From: Thermoleophilia bacterium
GTDB lineage: Bacteria > Actinomycetota > Thermoleophilia > Gaiellales > F1-60-MAGs149
DNA length: 64,000 nt
Assembly: GCA_037133755.1 (NCBI GenBank)
Contig: JBAXNN010000001.1
Span: 148,838-212,837, forward strand
Direction: 5' to 3'
Part shown: in pieces, positions 46,184-55,566 of the stretch
How the letters are laid out: the number at the start of each line of letters is the position of its first letter
How positions within the stretch are numbered: position 1 is the stretch's first letter
Position numbers and translations under genes: made by a program
Notes under the pieces: generated by a model
Told to the model about the DNA's origin: nothing
The model's input: the letters and a program-made list of their open reading frames with translations, nothing else
Database searches by the model: none

Positions 46184-48040
46184 ATGGCCCAATCCCCGCC
46201 TGCCCGCACCCCTCTGAAGCCCGGCTCCGGCCCCGGCCCGCGCACGGTTTATCGTGCCGCGCCTCGGCGTGCCCGCAAGAGCACTCGCAACCGTCGCATC
46301 GCCGTGCTGGTGATCCTCGTGCTGGTCGCACTTGTGATCGTCCGCGGCCTCACGATGCAGGGCAACGTCGCGCCGGGTGTATCGGTCAACGGCGTTGACA
46401 TCGGCGGCCTGTCGCCCGACGACGCCAAGCAGAAGTTGAAGGACCAACTCGTCCCGCAGCTCAACAAGAACGTGACCGTCACGCTCGACTCGCAGTCCGC
46501 GCCGATGAACCCCGCCGAGCTCGATACGCGCATCGACGTGACGCGCACCGTCGACCGCGCCATGCAGACCGGCCGCCTGCAATCGCTGCTCCTGCCGCTC
46601 GTCTACTCGTCCGAGATGACACCGACGATCGCCACGCCGGCGCGCCCGCGCATCCCCGCGAACCTGCGAATGATCGCGGAGCCCGCGCACAACGCCACCG
46701 TCCGCATCGCCAACGGCAAGACGACGATCTCCCCCGCGCGCGACGGCCACTCGATCTCGCCGCGCGCGATCCTGCTCGCGACCGCCACGGCCGCCCTCGC
46801 CGGCGAGCGCAAGCTCGTGCTCAAGTCGACGGTCACGCAGCCGGCGATCTCCACCGCGGCGGCCAAGGAGGCGGCGAGCCAAGCCGTCGAGCTTGCGTCC
46901 GCACCCGTCGCACTCAACGCCGACGGCAATCGCGTCGGCGCGCTCTCCACCGCCACGCTCCAGAACGCCGTCATGGTGCGCAACGTCGACGGCAAGGCAA
47001 CCATCACGTTCTCGCCGAAAATCCTCGCGCCCGCCATCACCGAGGCGCTCGGGGCGAAGGTACGCGAGCCGCAGAACGCCATGTGGGGCACCAATGGCCA
47101 GCGCGCGTGGGTCGAGCCCGCCAAGGACGGCATTGGCTTCGACCCCGACAAGGCCGCCGACGCCGTACGCGCGGCCGCAGTCGGCGGCGGCGCGCGCCAA
47201 GCCGATATCGAGCTGACGCACATCGCTCCCAAGCGCTCCACCGCCGACGCCGAGAACCTTGGCATCACCACGAAGATCGCCGGCGCCGTGACCGAGCTCG
47301 GCGACTCGTCGGAGAACCGCATCCACAACGTGGCGTTGATGGCCGAGATCCTCGACAACCGGCTCGTCATGCCCGGCCAGGAGTTCTCGTTCAACGACGC
47401 CGTCGGCCCGCGCACCCCCGAGCGCGGCTTCCTCGAGGGGTCGGCGATCGTCGACGGCCTGATGATCCCGTCGATCGGTGGTGGTGTCTGCCAGGTCGCG
47501 ACCACGCTGTTTGACGCCGTGTTCTACGCGGGCCTGCAGGTCGACGAGCGCCACAACCACGACCTCTACATCTCGCACTACCCGCTCGGCATGGACGCCA
47601 CCGTGTCGTGGGATGACCTCGACTTCCGCTTCACCAACGACCTCTCGCACCCGGTCCTGATCCGCGCCACGGCCGACGCCAGCACGATGATCGTCAACCT
47701 CTACTCGGCACCCGACGGGCGCACCGTCGAGTCGACCACGTCGAATCGCTACGCCGTCGAGAAGCCGAAGAAGCGCTACATCATCGACAAGTACGCCGCC
47801 CCCGGCCAGGTCGCCAAGTACGTCGACGGGCAGGAGGGCTTCTCCGTTGACGTCCACCGCATCGTCAAGAAGGACGGCGAGGTGCTGTCCGACAACACCT
47901 TCGTCTCGACGTACGTGCCGCAGCCCGACACCTACCTCGCGGCACCCGACGCGAACCTGCCCGGCGACACCGACATCCAGCAGCCGCCGTACGGATGGGT
48001 CAGCCCGAACGACCCGACCGGCACCCCCTCGACCGGGTAG
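46184..48040 (+). CDS. VanW-domain membrane-anchored protein
   Basis: The ATG at 46184 is preferred (the track start at 46142 is also possible). Has a TM anchor IAVLVILVLVALVIV and the VanW core FSFNDAVGPRTPERGF..GGGVCQVATTLF. Confidence 0.85.
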   Translation: MAQSPPARTPLKPGSGPGPRTVYRAAPRRARKSTRNRRIAVLVILVLVALVIVRGLTMQGNVAPGVSVNGVDIGGLSPDDAKQKLKDQLVPQLNKNVTVTLDSQSAPMNPAELDTRIDVTRTVDRAMQTGRLQSLLLPLVYSSEMTPTIATPARPRIPANLRMIAEPAHNATVRIANGKTTISPARDGHSISPRAILLATATAALAGERKLVLKSTVTQPAISTAAAKEAASQAVELASAPVALNADGNRVGALSTATLQNAVMVRNVDGKATITFSPKILAPAITEALGAKVREPQNAMWGTNGQRAWVEPAKDGIGFDPDKAADAVRAAAVGGGARQADIELTHIAPKRSTADAENLGITTKIAGAVTELGDSSENRIHNVALMAEILDNRLVMPGQEFSFNDAVGPRTPERGFLEGSAIVDGLMIPSIGGGVCQVATTLFDAVFYAGLQVDERHNHDLYISHYPLGMDATVSWDDLDFRFTNDLSHPVLIRATADASTMIVNLYSAPDGRTVESTTSNRYAVEKPKKRYIIDKYAAPGQVAKYVDGQEGFSVDVHRIVKKDGEVLSDNTFVSTYVPQPDTYLAAPDANLPGDTDIQQPPYGWVSPNDPTGTPSTG

Positions 48041-48043
48041 GGC

Positions 48044-49048
48044 CTAGGCGACCGGACCGGTCGACTCGCGCACGACGAGCGACGGCGCGATCACGACGCG
48101 ATGCTCGCCCCGCTCGCCCGCGAGGTGATCGACGAGGAACCCGACGGCAGCGCGCGCGGTGCGGTCGATGCTCCAGTTGACGCTCGTCAGCGGTGGCGAG
48201 ACGAGACGCGAGAGCGGATGGTCGTCGAAGCCGACGATCGAGACGTCGCCGGGGACAGACAGGCCCAGTTCGCGGCAGCCATGCAGAACGCCGTAGGCGA
48301 TCGAGTCGGACAGGCAGAAGATCGCGGTGGGGCGGTCGGGGCGATCGAGTACCTCGAGCGCCAGTGGACGCGAACCGTCGAGCGAGTAGGCGCAGGGCAC
48401 GAGCTCGCACTCGAGTCCGAGCGTCGCGGCCTGCTCGCGCACCGCGCGCTCTGTGGGACGATCCGGCGACGACGCAACCGCCCAGGACAGCACGGCGATG
48501 CGCTGGTGCCCAAGTGCGTGCAGATGGCGGAGCACCTCGCCCACGCCGGACGTCTGGTCGAACGCGACCTCGCCGGCGAGCTCGGCCCCGGGTAGGCGGC
48601 CGGCAATCGTGACGGTCGGCGTGCGCGCCGTCAGCTGCGCCCAGTCTCCCCCGGCCGGACCGATCGGCGCAACCAGGAGGCCGTCGACGCGCTGCGCAGC
48701 GAGGCGTGCGGCGAGCGTGAGTTCCTCGGCCGGGTCGCCATCGGCGTCGGCCAGGATCGTGTGGAGTCCATGCGTGCGCAGCTCGCGCTGTACCGCGTGG
48801 GCAAGCGTCTGCTGCCAGAAGTCGGCGAGGCTGCCGACCAACAGGCCGATCGTGCCGGTGCGGCCGCCGCGCAAGGCGCGCGCCACCGGATCGGCGCTGT
48901 AGCCGAGCTCGTCGGCGACGGCCTGCACCCGCTCGATCGTGGCCGGCGAGACGCGCTCGCCGCGCAGCGCATACGAAACCGCGGTCACGGAGAGGCCCGT
49001 TTCCTCCGCAATCTGCTTGATCGTCGGGCGTTTCGGCGAGGCAGCCAT
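48044..49048 (-). CDS. LacI-family transcriptional regulator
   Basis: The ATG at 49048 gives MAASPKRPTIKQIAEETGLSVTAVSYALRG (LacI HTH), followed by a periplasmic-binding-protein-like effector domain. Confidence 0.9.
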   Translation of the reverse strand: MAASPKRPTIKQIAEETGLSVTAVSYALRGERVSPATIERVQAVADELGYSADPVARALRGGRTGTIGLLVGSLADFWQQTLAHAVQRELRTHGLHTILADADGDPAEELTLAARLAAQRVDGLLVAPIGPAGGDWAQLTARTPTVTIAGRLPGAELAGEVAFDQTSGVGEVLRHLHALGHQRIAVLSWAVASSPDRPTERAVREQAATLGLECELVPCAYSLDGSRPLALEVLDRPDRPTAIFCLSDSIAYGVLHGCRELGLSVPGDVSIVGFDDHPLSRLVSPPLTSVNWSIDRTARAAVGFLVDHLAGERGEHRVVIAPSLVVRESTGPVA

Positions 49049-49151
49049 GGGTGGAGCGTACCGCCACCCTCGCGCCACGGCTATTGACAGGACGCAGAGC
49101 ACGCGTCACACTCCGCGAAGAACCCCATGAACACACAGGTGTTTCGTTTCA

Positions 49152-49165
49152 GTGAATCGATACAC
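49152..49165. promoter_or_regulatory. Candidate LacI-family operator
   Basis: GTGAATCGATACAC is a 14-bp palindrome with a central CG and one mismatched pair. It lies 24 nt upstream of the cupin gene start, in the divergent region shared with the LacI gene. Confidence 0.35.
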
Positions 49166-49188
49166 CGGTAGAGCGCAGGAGTCCATCT

Positions 49189-49686
49189 GTGAGCACGCCG
49201 CCCACCTCGATCACCACCCCCCTCAGCAGCGCAGAATGCGCCGCGAAGGCACGCGAGCATGCCGCCAACGAGGCGACGTGGCGCCCGCACGTCAAGCACG
49301 AGCCAGACACGCGCCACTTCCACCGCCTTGAGCACAACGACGCGTACGAGACGTACGTCATCTCGTGGATGGACGACCACGACACGGGCTTCCACGATCA
49401 CGACGTCTCCTGCGGTGGCGTGCACGTGATCGAGGGCGGCATCTTCGAGGAGCGCCTCGGCTTTGGCACCGACCATCTCGAGCGCCTCGTCGGTCCCGGC
49501 GAGACGATCGAGTTCGCGCCGTCGTACATCCACCGCTTCCGCCCGACGGACGGTATCCCCACCGTCACGATCCACGTCTACTCGCCTCCGCTGCGCACGA
49601 TGGGTGCGTACCACCGGGCCCCGGATGGCGCTCTGATCCGCACGCCGATCGACGGCGACGAGGAGCTCGTCAACCTCGACGCCTAG
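49189..49686 (+). CDS. Cysteine dioxygenase type I-like cupin
   Basis: 165 aa with a GTG start. Contains YVISWMDDHDTGFHDHDVSCGGVHVIEGGIFEE...IHRF, a cupin metal-binding pattern. Confidence 0.6.
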   Translation: MSTPPTSITTPLSSAECAAKAREHAANEATWRPHVKHEPDTRHFHRLEHNDAYETYVISWMDDHDTGFHDHDVSCGGVHVIEGGIFEERLGFGTDHLERLVGPGETIEFAPSYIHRFRPTDGIPTVTIHVYSPPLRTMGAYHRAPDGALIRTPIDGDEELVNLDA

Positions 49687-49781
49687 GTCGCGGCCGCACC
49701 GCTCCCCACCCGAGACCGCTCTCCCCTGCACTCCGGTCTCGTGGCGGGCGAGCCGTGGCGCGCGCTGCGAGAATTCGACGC

Positions 49782-50180
49782 GTGCAGCCCGAGCAGATCG
49801 CCGCTGGCCTCCTCGATGCCAGCCTCCCCCAGCCTGAGTGGACGCACCGCGGCCACATCACCGCGGCGCACGTGCTGATCTCGGCGCACGGGGCAGAGGA
49901 GACGCTCGCTCTCTGTCGCGAGCGCATCCCGCTCCTCAACGACGCGCACGGCGTCGAGAACTCCGACACCGGTGGGTACCACGACACCCTGACGGTCTTC
50001 TATGTCGCCGCCGTCGCGGACGCCGTGGCGCGCGGACTGACGATCGACGAGACAGTGGCCGAGCTCGGCCGCGACGTAGCGCTGCGGTGGTGGAGCGAGC
50101 CGGTGCTGATGAGCACCGAGGCGCGCCGGGCCTTCGTGGCGCCCGACGTCGCGGTGCCGCCGTTCGCCCTATCGCCCTAG
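49782..50180 (+). CDS. Hypothetical protein
   Basis: The GTG at 49782 gives VQPEQIAAGLLDASLPQPEW.... The upstream part of ORF 49365..50180 overlaps the cupin gene and is Arg-rich. Confidence 0.45.
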   Translation: MQPEQIAAGLLDASLPQPEWTHRGHITAAHVLISAHGAEETLALCRERIPLLNDAHGVENSDTGGYHDTLTVFYVAAVADAVARGLTIDETVAELGRDVALRWWSEPVLMSTEARRAFVAPDVAVPPFALSP

Positions 50181-50190
50181 TCGGCAATCA

Positions 50191-50223
50191 ACGTCCTAAA
50201 GAGGTCTGACCCCCTTAGGAAGT
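50191..50223. repeat. Single hairpin unit of the GGGGTCAGACC-core family, locus C
   Basis: acgtcctaaagaggtctgacccccttaggaagt. Its reverse complement carries GGGGGTCAGACC flanked by the pairing arms tcctaa/ttagga. It lies 11 nt after the stop at 50180. Confidence 0.7.
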
Positions 50224-50410
50224 TGAGAGACCGTCACTCGCTTCGTCGTGCCGGCAGAGGCGCGCGTGAGGAGTGCGTACTAATGGTGTACGCCGCAGGC
50301 GGGCACCAGAAGTGCGCACTCAGCACGTACGCCGGCAACATTGAGCACGCTAGGAAGTGAGCTGGATCCGACCAGGGCGTACGTGCCAAGTGCGAACGAG
50401 TGACGCCCGC

Positions 50411-52144
50411 CTAGCCGCGCTTGCGGAGCTTCTGGATCTGCGGCCAGGTGCGCGTGTTGACGATGTCGGCCTTCGATGCCCAACCGCGGCGCGCGGTGTC
50501 GACGCCGTAGCGGAGGACGTCGAGGCCGCCCGTGTTGTGCGCGTCGCTCGAGATGCAGAGCTTCACGCCCGCGTTGATCGCGGCGCGCGCGTGCTCGGGG
50601 CGCAGGTCGAGGCGCTTCGGGTTCGCATTGATCTCGAGGAAGGTGCCGGTGCGGGCGCAGGCGGCGATCAGCGCCTCGACGTCGACGTCGTATGGCTCGC
50701 GGCCGTCGAGCAGCCGCCCGGTCGGGTGCGCGATCACGTCGACGTGCGGATGCTCGATCGCGGCGACCATGCTCGCCGTCAACTGCTCACGGTTCTGGCC
50801 GCGCACGCCATGAGCCGAGGCGACGACCCAGTCGAGCTCGGCCAGCACCTCGTCGGGCAGATCGAGCGCGCCGCCCGGCAGGATGTCGACCTCGATGCCG
50901 GTGAGCAGGTGGAAGCCCTTGGCCTCGAGCCCCTTGGCGGCCTTCTGCACGCGCTTGGCGTTCGCGAGCGTCTCGGCCGGATCGAGACCGATGCCCATGC
51001 CGACCGCCTTCGAGTGGTCGGTGACCGCGTAGTACGTGAGCCCGCGTTCCATCGCGGCCTGCGCCATCTCGGTCGGCGTCGCCTTGCCGTCAGACGCATC
51101 GGAGTGGCCGTGCAGATCGCCCTTGATGTCCTTCAGCTCGACGAGCTTCGGCAGCGTGCCGTCGGCCGCGGCCTCGAGCTCCCCCTGGTTCTCGCGCAGC
51201 TCGGGCGGAATCCACGCGAGGCCAAGGCGCTTGTAGACGTCGGCCTCCTTCGCGCACGGTTCGGGCTCGCCGCCATCGATCGGCGCGAAGCCGTGCTCGG
51301 ACAGACTCAAACCCTGATCGCGGGCGCGCTCGCGCAGCGCAACGTTGTGCGCCTTCGAGCCGGTGAAGTGCTGGAGCAGCGAACCCCACTGCGTCGGGTG
51401 GATGACGCGCAGGTCGACCTGCATGCCGTCGTGCAACACGACCGAAGCCTTGGCGTCGCCCAGCGCAATCACGTCCTGCACTCCCGGGTGCTCGGCGAAC
51501 CGCTGCAGCAGCGGACCGGGATCGTCGGACGAGGCGACGAGGTCGACGTCGCCGACGACCTCCTTGCGGCGCCGCAGCGAACCGGCGATCTCGGCCTCAC
51601 GGCACCCCGTCTCGGCGCGCAGCGCGTCGACCAGCATCTCCGCACGGTCGAGCGCGTGGTCGAGCAGGATCACGTGCTTGCGCGGCCCGCCACCGGCGTT
51701 GAGCGCATCGAGGATCGTCTGCTCTTTCTTGGCACCGAGACCCTTGAGCTCGCGCAACTGGCCCGCCTCGCACGCGGCCTTGAGCGCGTCGGGCGAGTCG
51801 ATACCGAGCTCGGCATAGAGGCGCTTGGCGGTCTTCGGACCGACGCCTGGCACTCCCATCATCTCAACGAGACCATCCGGGTACTTCTCGCGCAGCTTCT
51901 CGAGCGCCTGCAGCGTGCCGGTCTCGCGGTACTCATCAACCTTGGCCGCGATCGTCGCGCCGATACCGGGGAGGTCGGTGAGGCGCCCCTCCTCCGCCAT
52001 GCGCTCGACCGATTCGGCCGTGCTGCGGAACTGGTCGGCCGCGCGGCGGTACGCGATCACCTTGTGGACGATCGCGCCGTCCAGTTCCGACAGGCTCGCG
52101 AGGAGGTCGAAGAGGTCGGCGACCTCGCCGTTCTTCACCGCCAT
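50411..52144 (-). CDS. polX: DNA polymerase X family protein with a C-terminal PHP phosphoesterase domain
   Basis: The ATG at 52144 gives MAVKNGEVADLFDLLASL. Contains HhH motifs (LPGIGATIAAK, VPGVGPKTAKRLY), the pol-beta core GSLRRRKEVVGDVDLV, and the PHP region DLHGHSDASDG...ISSDAHN. Confidence 0.9.
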   Translation of the reverse strand: MAVKNGEVADLFDLLASLSELDGAIVHKVIAYRRAADQFRSTAESVERMAEEGRLTDLPGIGATIAAKVDEYRETGTLQALEKLREKYPDGLVEMMGVPGVGPKTAKRLYAELGIDSPDALKAACEAGQLRELKGLGAKKEQTILDALNAGGGPRKHVILLDHALDRAEMLVDALRAETGCREAEIAGSLRRRKEVVGDVDLVASSDDPGPLLQRFAEHPGVQDVIALGDAKASVVLHDGMQVDLRVIHPTQWGSLLQHFTGSKAHNVALRERARDQGLSLSEHGFAPIDGGEPEPCAKEADVYKRLGLAWIPPELRENQGELEAAADGTLPKLVELKDIKGDLHGHSDASDGKATPTEMAQAAMERGLTYYAVTDHSKAVGMGIGLDPAETLANAKRVQKAAKGLEAKGFHLLTGIEVDILPGGALDLPDEVLAELDWVVASAHGVRGQNREQLTASMVAAIEHPHVDVIAHPTGRLLDGREPYDVDVEALIAACARTGTFLEINANPKRLDLRPEHARAAINAGVKLCISSDAHNTGGLDVLRYGVDTARRGWASKADIVNTRTWPQIQKLRKRG

Positions 52145-52252
52145 GGTCGACTCCGCCGCGCGCGCATGCCCGCAACGTCGCACACCCGGAGGACGCCCGC
52201 AAGCAGCCACCAGTGCGCTGCCACTCAGGAACGTGCGGCATGATCCGTCCGG

Positions 52253-53008
52253 ATGAGCACTGCCGCCACCGAGCGATTCGTCGTCTGCGTGCCGACGTAC
52301 AACGAGCGCGAGAACCTCGAGCGCATGATCGAGGCGATCGCGGTTGCGCGCGAGCGCGCAACGATCCCCGGCGACGTGCTCGTGATCGACGACGGCTCGC
52401 CCGACGGCACCGGCGAGATCGCCGACCGCCTGGCCACCCAGCACGACTGGGTGCACGTGCTGCACCGCACCGCCAAGGAAGGTCTCGGGCGCGCGTACCT
52501 GGCCGGCTTCCGCTGGGCCCTCGACCAGGGGTACGACTACATCTGCGAAATGGACTGCGACTTCTCGCACGACCCGGGCCGCCTACCCGACCTCGTCGCC
52601 ACTGCCCAGCGTGGCGCCGACCTCGTGATCGGGTCGCGCTACACGCGCGGCGGCGGCGTGCGCGACTGGTCGCTCGGTCGGCGCGCGATCTCGCGCGGCG
52701 GCTGCCTCTACGCGCAGGCCTTCCTGCAGCTCGGCGTCCGCGACCTGACTGGCGGTTTCAAGTGCTTTCGTCGCGCCGTCCTCGAGGCGATCGACCTCGG
52801 CGATGTGACGGCCGAGGGCTACGCCTTCCAGATCGAGATGACGTATCGAACCTCGCTGCTCGGCTTCCGCATCGAAGAGGTGCCGATCACCTTCACCGAT
52901 CGCGTCGCCGGGGGTTCGAAGATGTCGCGCCGCATCGTTGCCGAGGCTTCGTGGCGCGTGCCGTCGCTCCGCGTCCGCGCGTTGCGGCACGAATTGCCGA
53001 AGCGCTGA
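52253..53008 (+). CDS. Polyprenol-phosphate mannosyltransferase (GT2, Ppm1/DPM1-like)
   Basis: 251 aa. Contains VCVPTYNERENL, VIDDGSPDGT and EMDCDFSHDP. Confidence 0.85.
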   Translation: MSTAATERFVVCVPTYNERENLERMIEAIAVARERATIPGDVLVIDDGSPDGTGEIADRLATQHDWVHVLHRTAKEGLGRAYLAGFRWALDQGYDYICEMDCDFSHDPGRLPDLVATAQRGADLVIGSRYTRGGGVRDWSLGRRAISRGGCLYAQAFLQLGVRDLTGGFKCFRRAVLEAIDLGDVTAEGYAFQIEMTYRTSLLGFRIEEVPITFTDRVAGGSKMSRRIVAEASWRVPSLRVRALRHELPKR

Positions 53009-53065
53009 AGCCCGGCTTACGGAACAGCCGCAGCTCACAGGTGTGCCCTGTTGTAGCGTGAGGCG

Positions 53066-54553
53066 GTGCGCACCGGAACGCTCATTGGTCTGATCGTCGT
53101 CGCCGTCGTTGGCGTCGTCGCGATCGGTGGCGTGCTCGTCGCTCGCGCGTACGCGGAGCGCCCGGTCGTCGAGTCCGTCTCGCCCGCACCAGGCTCGACC
53201 ATCAACGGGACAACGCCCCTGCGTATCGTTCTGCGCTCTGCCGATCAGGCCACGTCCGCCACGATCAGCGTGGACGGCGCCGACGTCTCTGCTCAGGCCG
53301 AGCGCACGTCCAGCGGGTACGTGTTGCCGATGCCAAAGCTGGTCGATGGGCCGCACCGCGTGTCCGTCGTCGTCACCTCCTCGGACCTGATCGACGACAC
53401 CGCCACGTACGACTGGACCTTCACCGCCGATGGCACCGCACCGCAGTTGACCGCCACCACGGCCGGCGGCTGGGCCACGAGCGCCGAGATCAAGGGTGTC
53501 TCCGAGCCCGGCTCGACGATCACCGCCACGTGGCAGGACGGGCAAGTTTCGACCACCACGGACGCTGACGGCCACTTCTCGCTGGTCCCTGGCATTGCCG
53601 ACGGCATCACCCCGCTCACGCTGATCGCCGCCGATGCCGCAGGCAACGAGACGCGCGCCGGCCACACGATGCGCGTCGATACGGGCCGCCCGAGCGTGCG
53701 CCTCGGTGGCATCGACGGCTGGGTGACCGACACCGATCGCCCGAAGGTCTATGCGTTCGTCGACTCGGCCAGCCCGACGAAGGTCGTGGCGAAGGTCAAT
53801 GGCCAAGACGCGAAGGTGACGACCATGTCGATCGGCTACACGATCGAGACCAGCAAGTTGCCCCAGGGCACGTCCAAGGTCGAGCTGTTCATCACGAACG
53901 CAACGGGCAAGACGGCGACGCGCACCACGGAGATCAACGTCGACTCGACCGAGAAACTGACCAACGATCTGACGCTCGCCCCCGGCGCCAAGGGCGACGA
54001 CGTCGCCAACCTGACGCGCCGCCTGCGGCTGGCGAAGATGTGGAAGGGCAAGCTCAGCTGGGAGTACAACAAGAAGGTCGAGCAGGCCGTCCGCACCTAC
54101 CAGCGCAAGGAGGGCCTGCCCGAGGACGGCATCGCTCGCCCCGCATTGATCAGCGCCACGGGCGGCAAGATTGTCGTCATCCAGAGCAAGTTCGTCCTCA
54201 ACCTCTACCTCGACGGCAAGTTCTTCAAGCAGTACCCGGTCGCGGTCGGCCAGTCGGCCTACCCCACGCCAACGGGCAGCTTCGTCGTGACGGAGATGAT
54301 CAAGAACCCAACGTGGACGCCGCCAAACTCGCCGTGGGCTGCGGGTCTTGAGGCGATTCCGCCCGGCGCGAGCAATCCTCTCGGCACACGCTGGATCGGC
54401 ACGTCTGCCTCGCTCGTGGGCATTCACGGCACGCCACAGGATTGGACGATCGGGTCGGCGGCCTCCCACGGCTGCGTGCGCATGCACATCTCCGACGTGG
54501 AGGACCTCTACACCCACGTCGCGGTCGGCATGCCGGTCGAGATCAAGCCGTAA
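53066..54553 (+). CDS. L,D-transpeptidase (YkuD) with Ig-like repeats and a peptidoglycan-binding domain
   Basis: GTG start with a TM/signal (LIGLIVVAVVGVVAIGGVLVA). Has a PG_binding_1-like region (VRTYQRKEGLPEDGI) and the catalytic GIHGT...SHGCVRM. Confidence 0.85.
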   Translation: MRTGTLIGLIVVAVVGVVAIGGVLVARAYAERPVVESVSPAPGSTINGTTPLRIVLRSADQATSATISVDGADVSAQAERTSSGYVLPMPKLVDGPHRVSVVVTSSDLIDDTATYDWTFTADGTAPQLTATTAGGWATSAEIKGVSEPGSTITATWQDGQVSTTTDADGHFSLVPGIADGITPLTLIAADAAGNETRAGHTMRVDTGRPSVRLGGIDGWVTDTDRPKVYAFVDSASPTKVVAKVNGQDAKVTTMSIGYTIETSKLPQGTSKVELFITNATGKTATRTTEINVDSTEKLTNDLTLAPGAKGDDVANLTRRLRLAKMWKGKLSWEYNKKVEQAVRTYQRKEGLPEDGIARPALISATGGKIVVIQSKFVLNLYLDGKFFKQYPVAVGQSAYPTPTGSFVVTEMIKNPTWTPPNSPWAAGLEAIPPGASNPLGTRWIGTSASLVGIHGTPQDWTIGSAASHGCVRMHISDVEDLYTHVAVGMPVEIKP

Positions 54554-54568
54554 CCGACGCGCCCCGCG

Positions 54569-55540
54569 TCAGGCCAGGTGGTCCCAGCCGCGCAGCGCCT
54601 CGTCGGCGCCCGCGCCGGTGAAGCGCACACCCGCCGGGCCGTCTTCGACGCGGCCGATCACCGTCAGGGGCACGCCGCAGGCGTCGACGGCCTCGGGCGG
54701 CATCGCCGTCACGAGCTCGTAGTCCTCGCCGCCGGTGGCGGCGTAGGCGCCCGGTGCACGGCGCAGCGTCTGGGCGATCAGGCGCACGTCCTCGTGCAGC
54801 GGCAGCGCGTCGAGATCGACCACGAGCGAGACGCCACTGCGTTGCGCCAGCCGCGGCAGGTCGGTGGCCAGGCCGTCGGACACATCCATCATCGCGTGCA
54901 CGTGCGGTGCGAGGAGCGCGCCGTCGGTCAGGCGCGGGTGCGGGCGGCGGTGGCGCTCGATGCACTCGTCGGCACCGGGCAGATCGCGCAGCGTCGCGTC
55001 GAGCAGCGCAGCCAGGCCGGCGGCCGATTCGCCGAGTGTGCCTGTGACGGCGATCACGTCGCCCGGGCGAGCACCGTCGCGACCCGGCGGATCGATGCTG
55101 GCGCGGCCAAGCACGCTGATCGACAGCGCCAGGCCCGAGCCGCGCGCGACGTCGCCGCCGACGATCGGACAGTCGTACAGCCGGGAGCACACCTCAAGGC
55201 CGCTGTAGATCGGCTCCAGCGAGGTCGCGTCGCCCTCGCCGATCACGATCGAGACCAGCGCGGCCAGCGGCAACGCGCCCATCGCCGCGATATCGGAGAG
55301 GTTGACGGCCAGCGCCTTCCAGCCGACATCGGCGGGGCTCGACAGATCGCGGCGAAAGTGGACGCCATCGACCTGCGCATCGACGGTCCAGACGAGATCG
55401 GGCGACAGCACCGCGGCGTCGTCACCCATGCCGCGTGGGATCCCGGGCGTGTCGCGGCCGACGATCACCGCGAGACCGGCCATCAGCGCGTCCTCGTCGG
55501 CATGCGCCGTGCCCTCTCCCCATCCCGGCTGGTCTGCCAT
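54569..55540 (-). CDS. thiL: Thiamine-monophosphate kinase
   Basis: The ATG at 55540 is preferred. Contains GDDAAVL, VDGVHF, GWKALAVNLSDIAAMGA and the AIR-synthase-like fold motifs GGDV and GEDYELV. Confidence 0.8.
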   Translation of the reverse strand: MADQPGWGEGTAHADEDALMAGLAVIVGRDTPGIPRGMGDDAAVLSPDLVWTVDAQVDGVHFRRDLSSPADVGWKALAVNLSDIAAMGALPLAALVSIVIGEGDATSLEPIYSGLEVCSRLYDCPIVGGDVARGSGLALSISVLGRASIDPPGRDGARPGDVIAVTGTLGESAAGLAALLDATLRDLPGADECIERHRRPHPRLTDGALLAPHVHAMMDVSDGLATDLPRLAQRSGVSLVVDLDALPLHEDVRLIAQTLRRAPGAYAATGGEDYELVTAMPPEAVDACGVPLTVIGRVEDGPAGVRFTGAGADEALRGWDHLA

Positions 55541-55566
55541 GTGCGGGATCGTAGCCCGGTCGGCGA

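Noticed and set aside
46106-47857. N-terminal ~580 aa of the 1050-aa minus-strand ORF 44705..47857
   Set aside because: Only the C-terminal ~466 aa show sensor-kinase features. The upstream part is antisense to the well-supported VanW gene and is Arg/Gly/Asp-rich.
52145-52570. 142-aa N-terminal extension of the polX ORF
   Set aside because: The extension is low-complexity and would overlap the divergent GT2 gene start. The conserved PolX N-terminus begins at MAVKNGEVADLF (52144).
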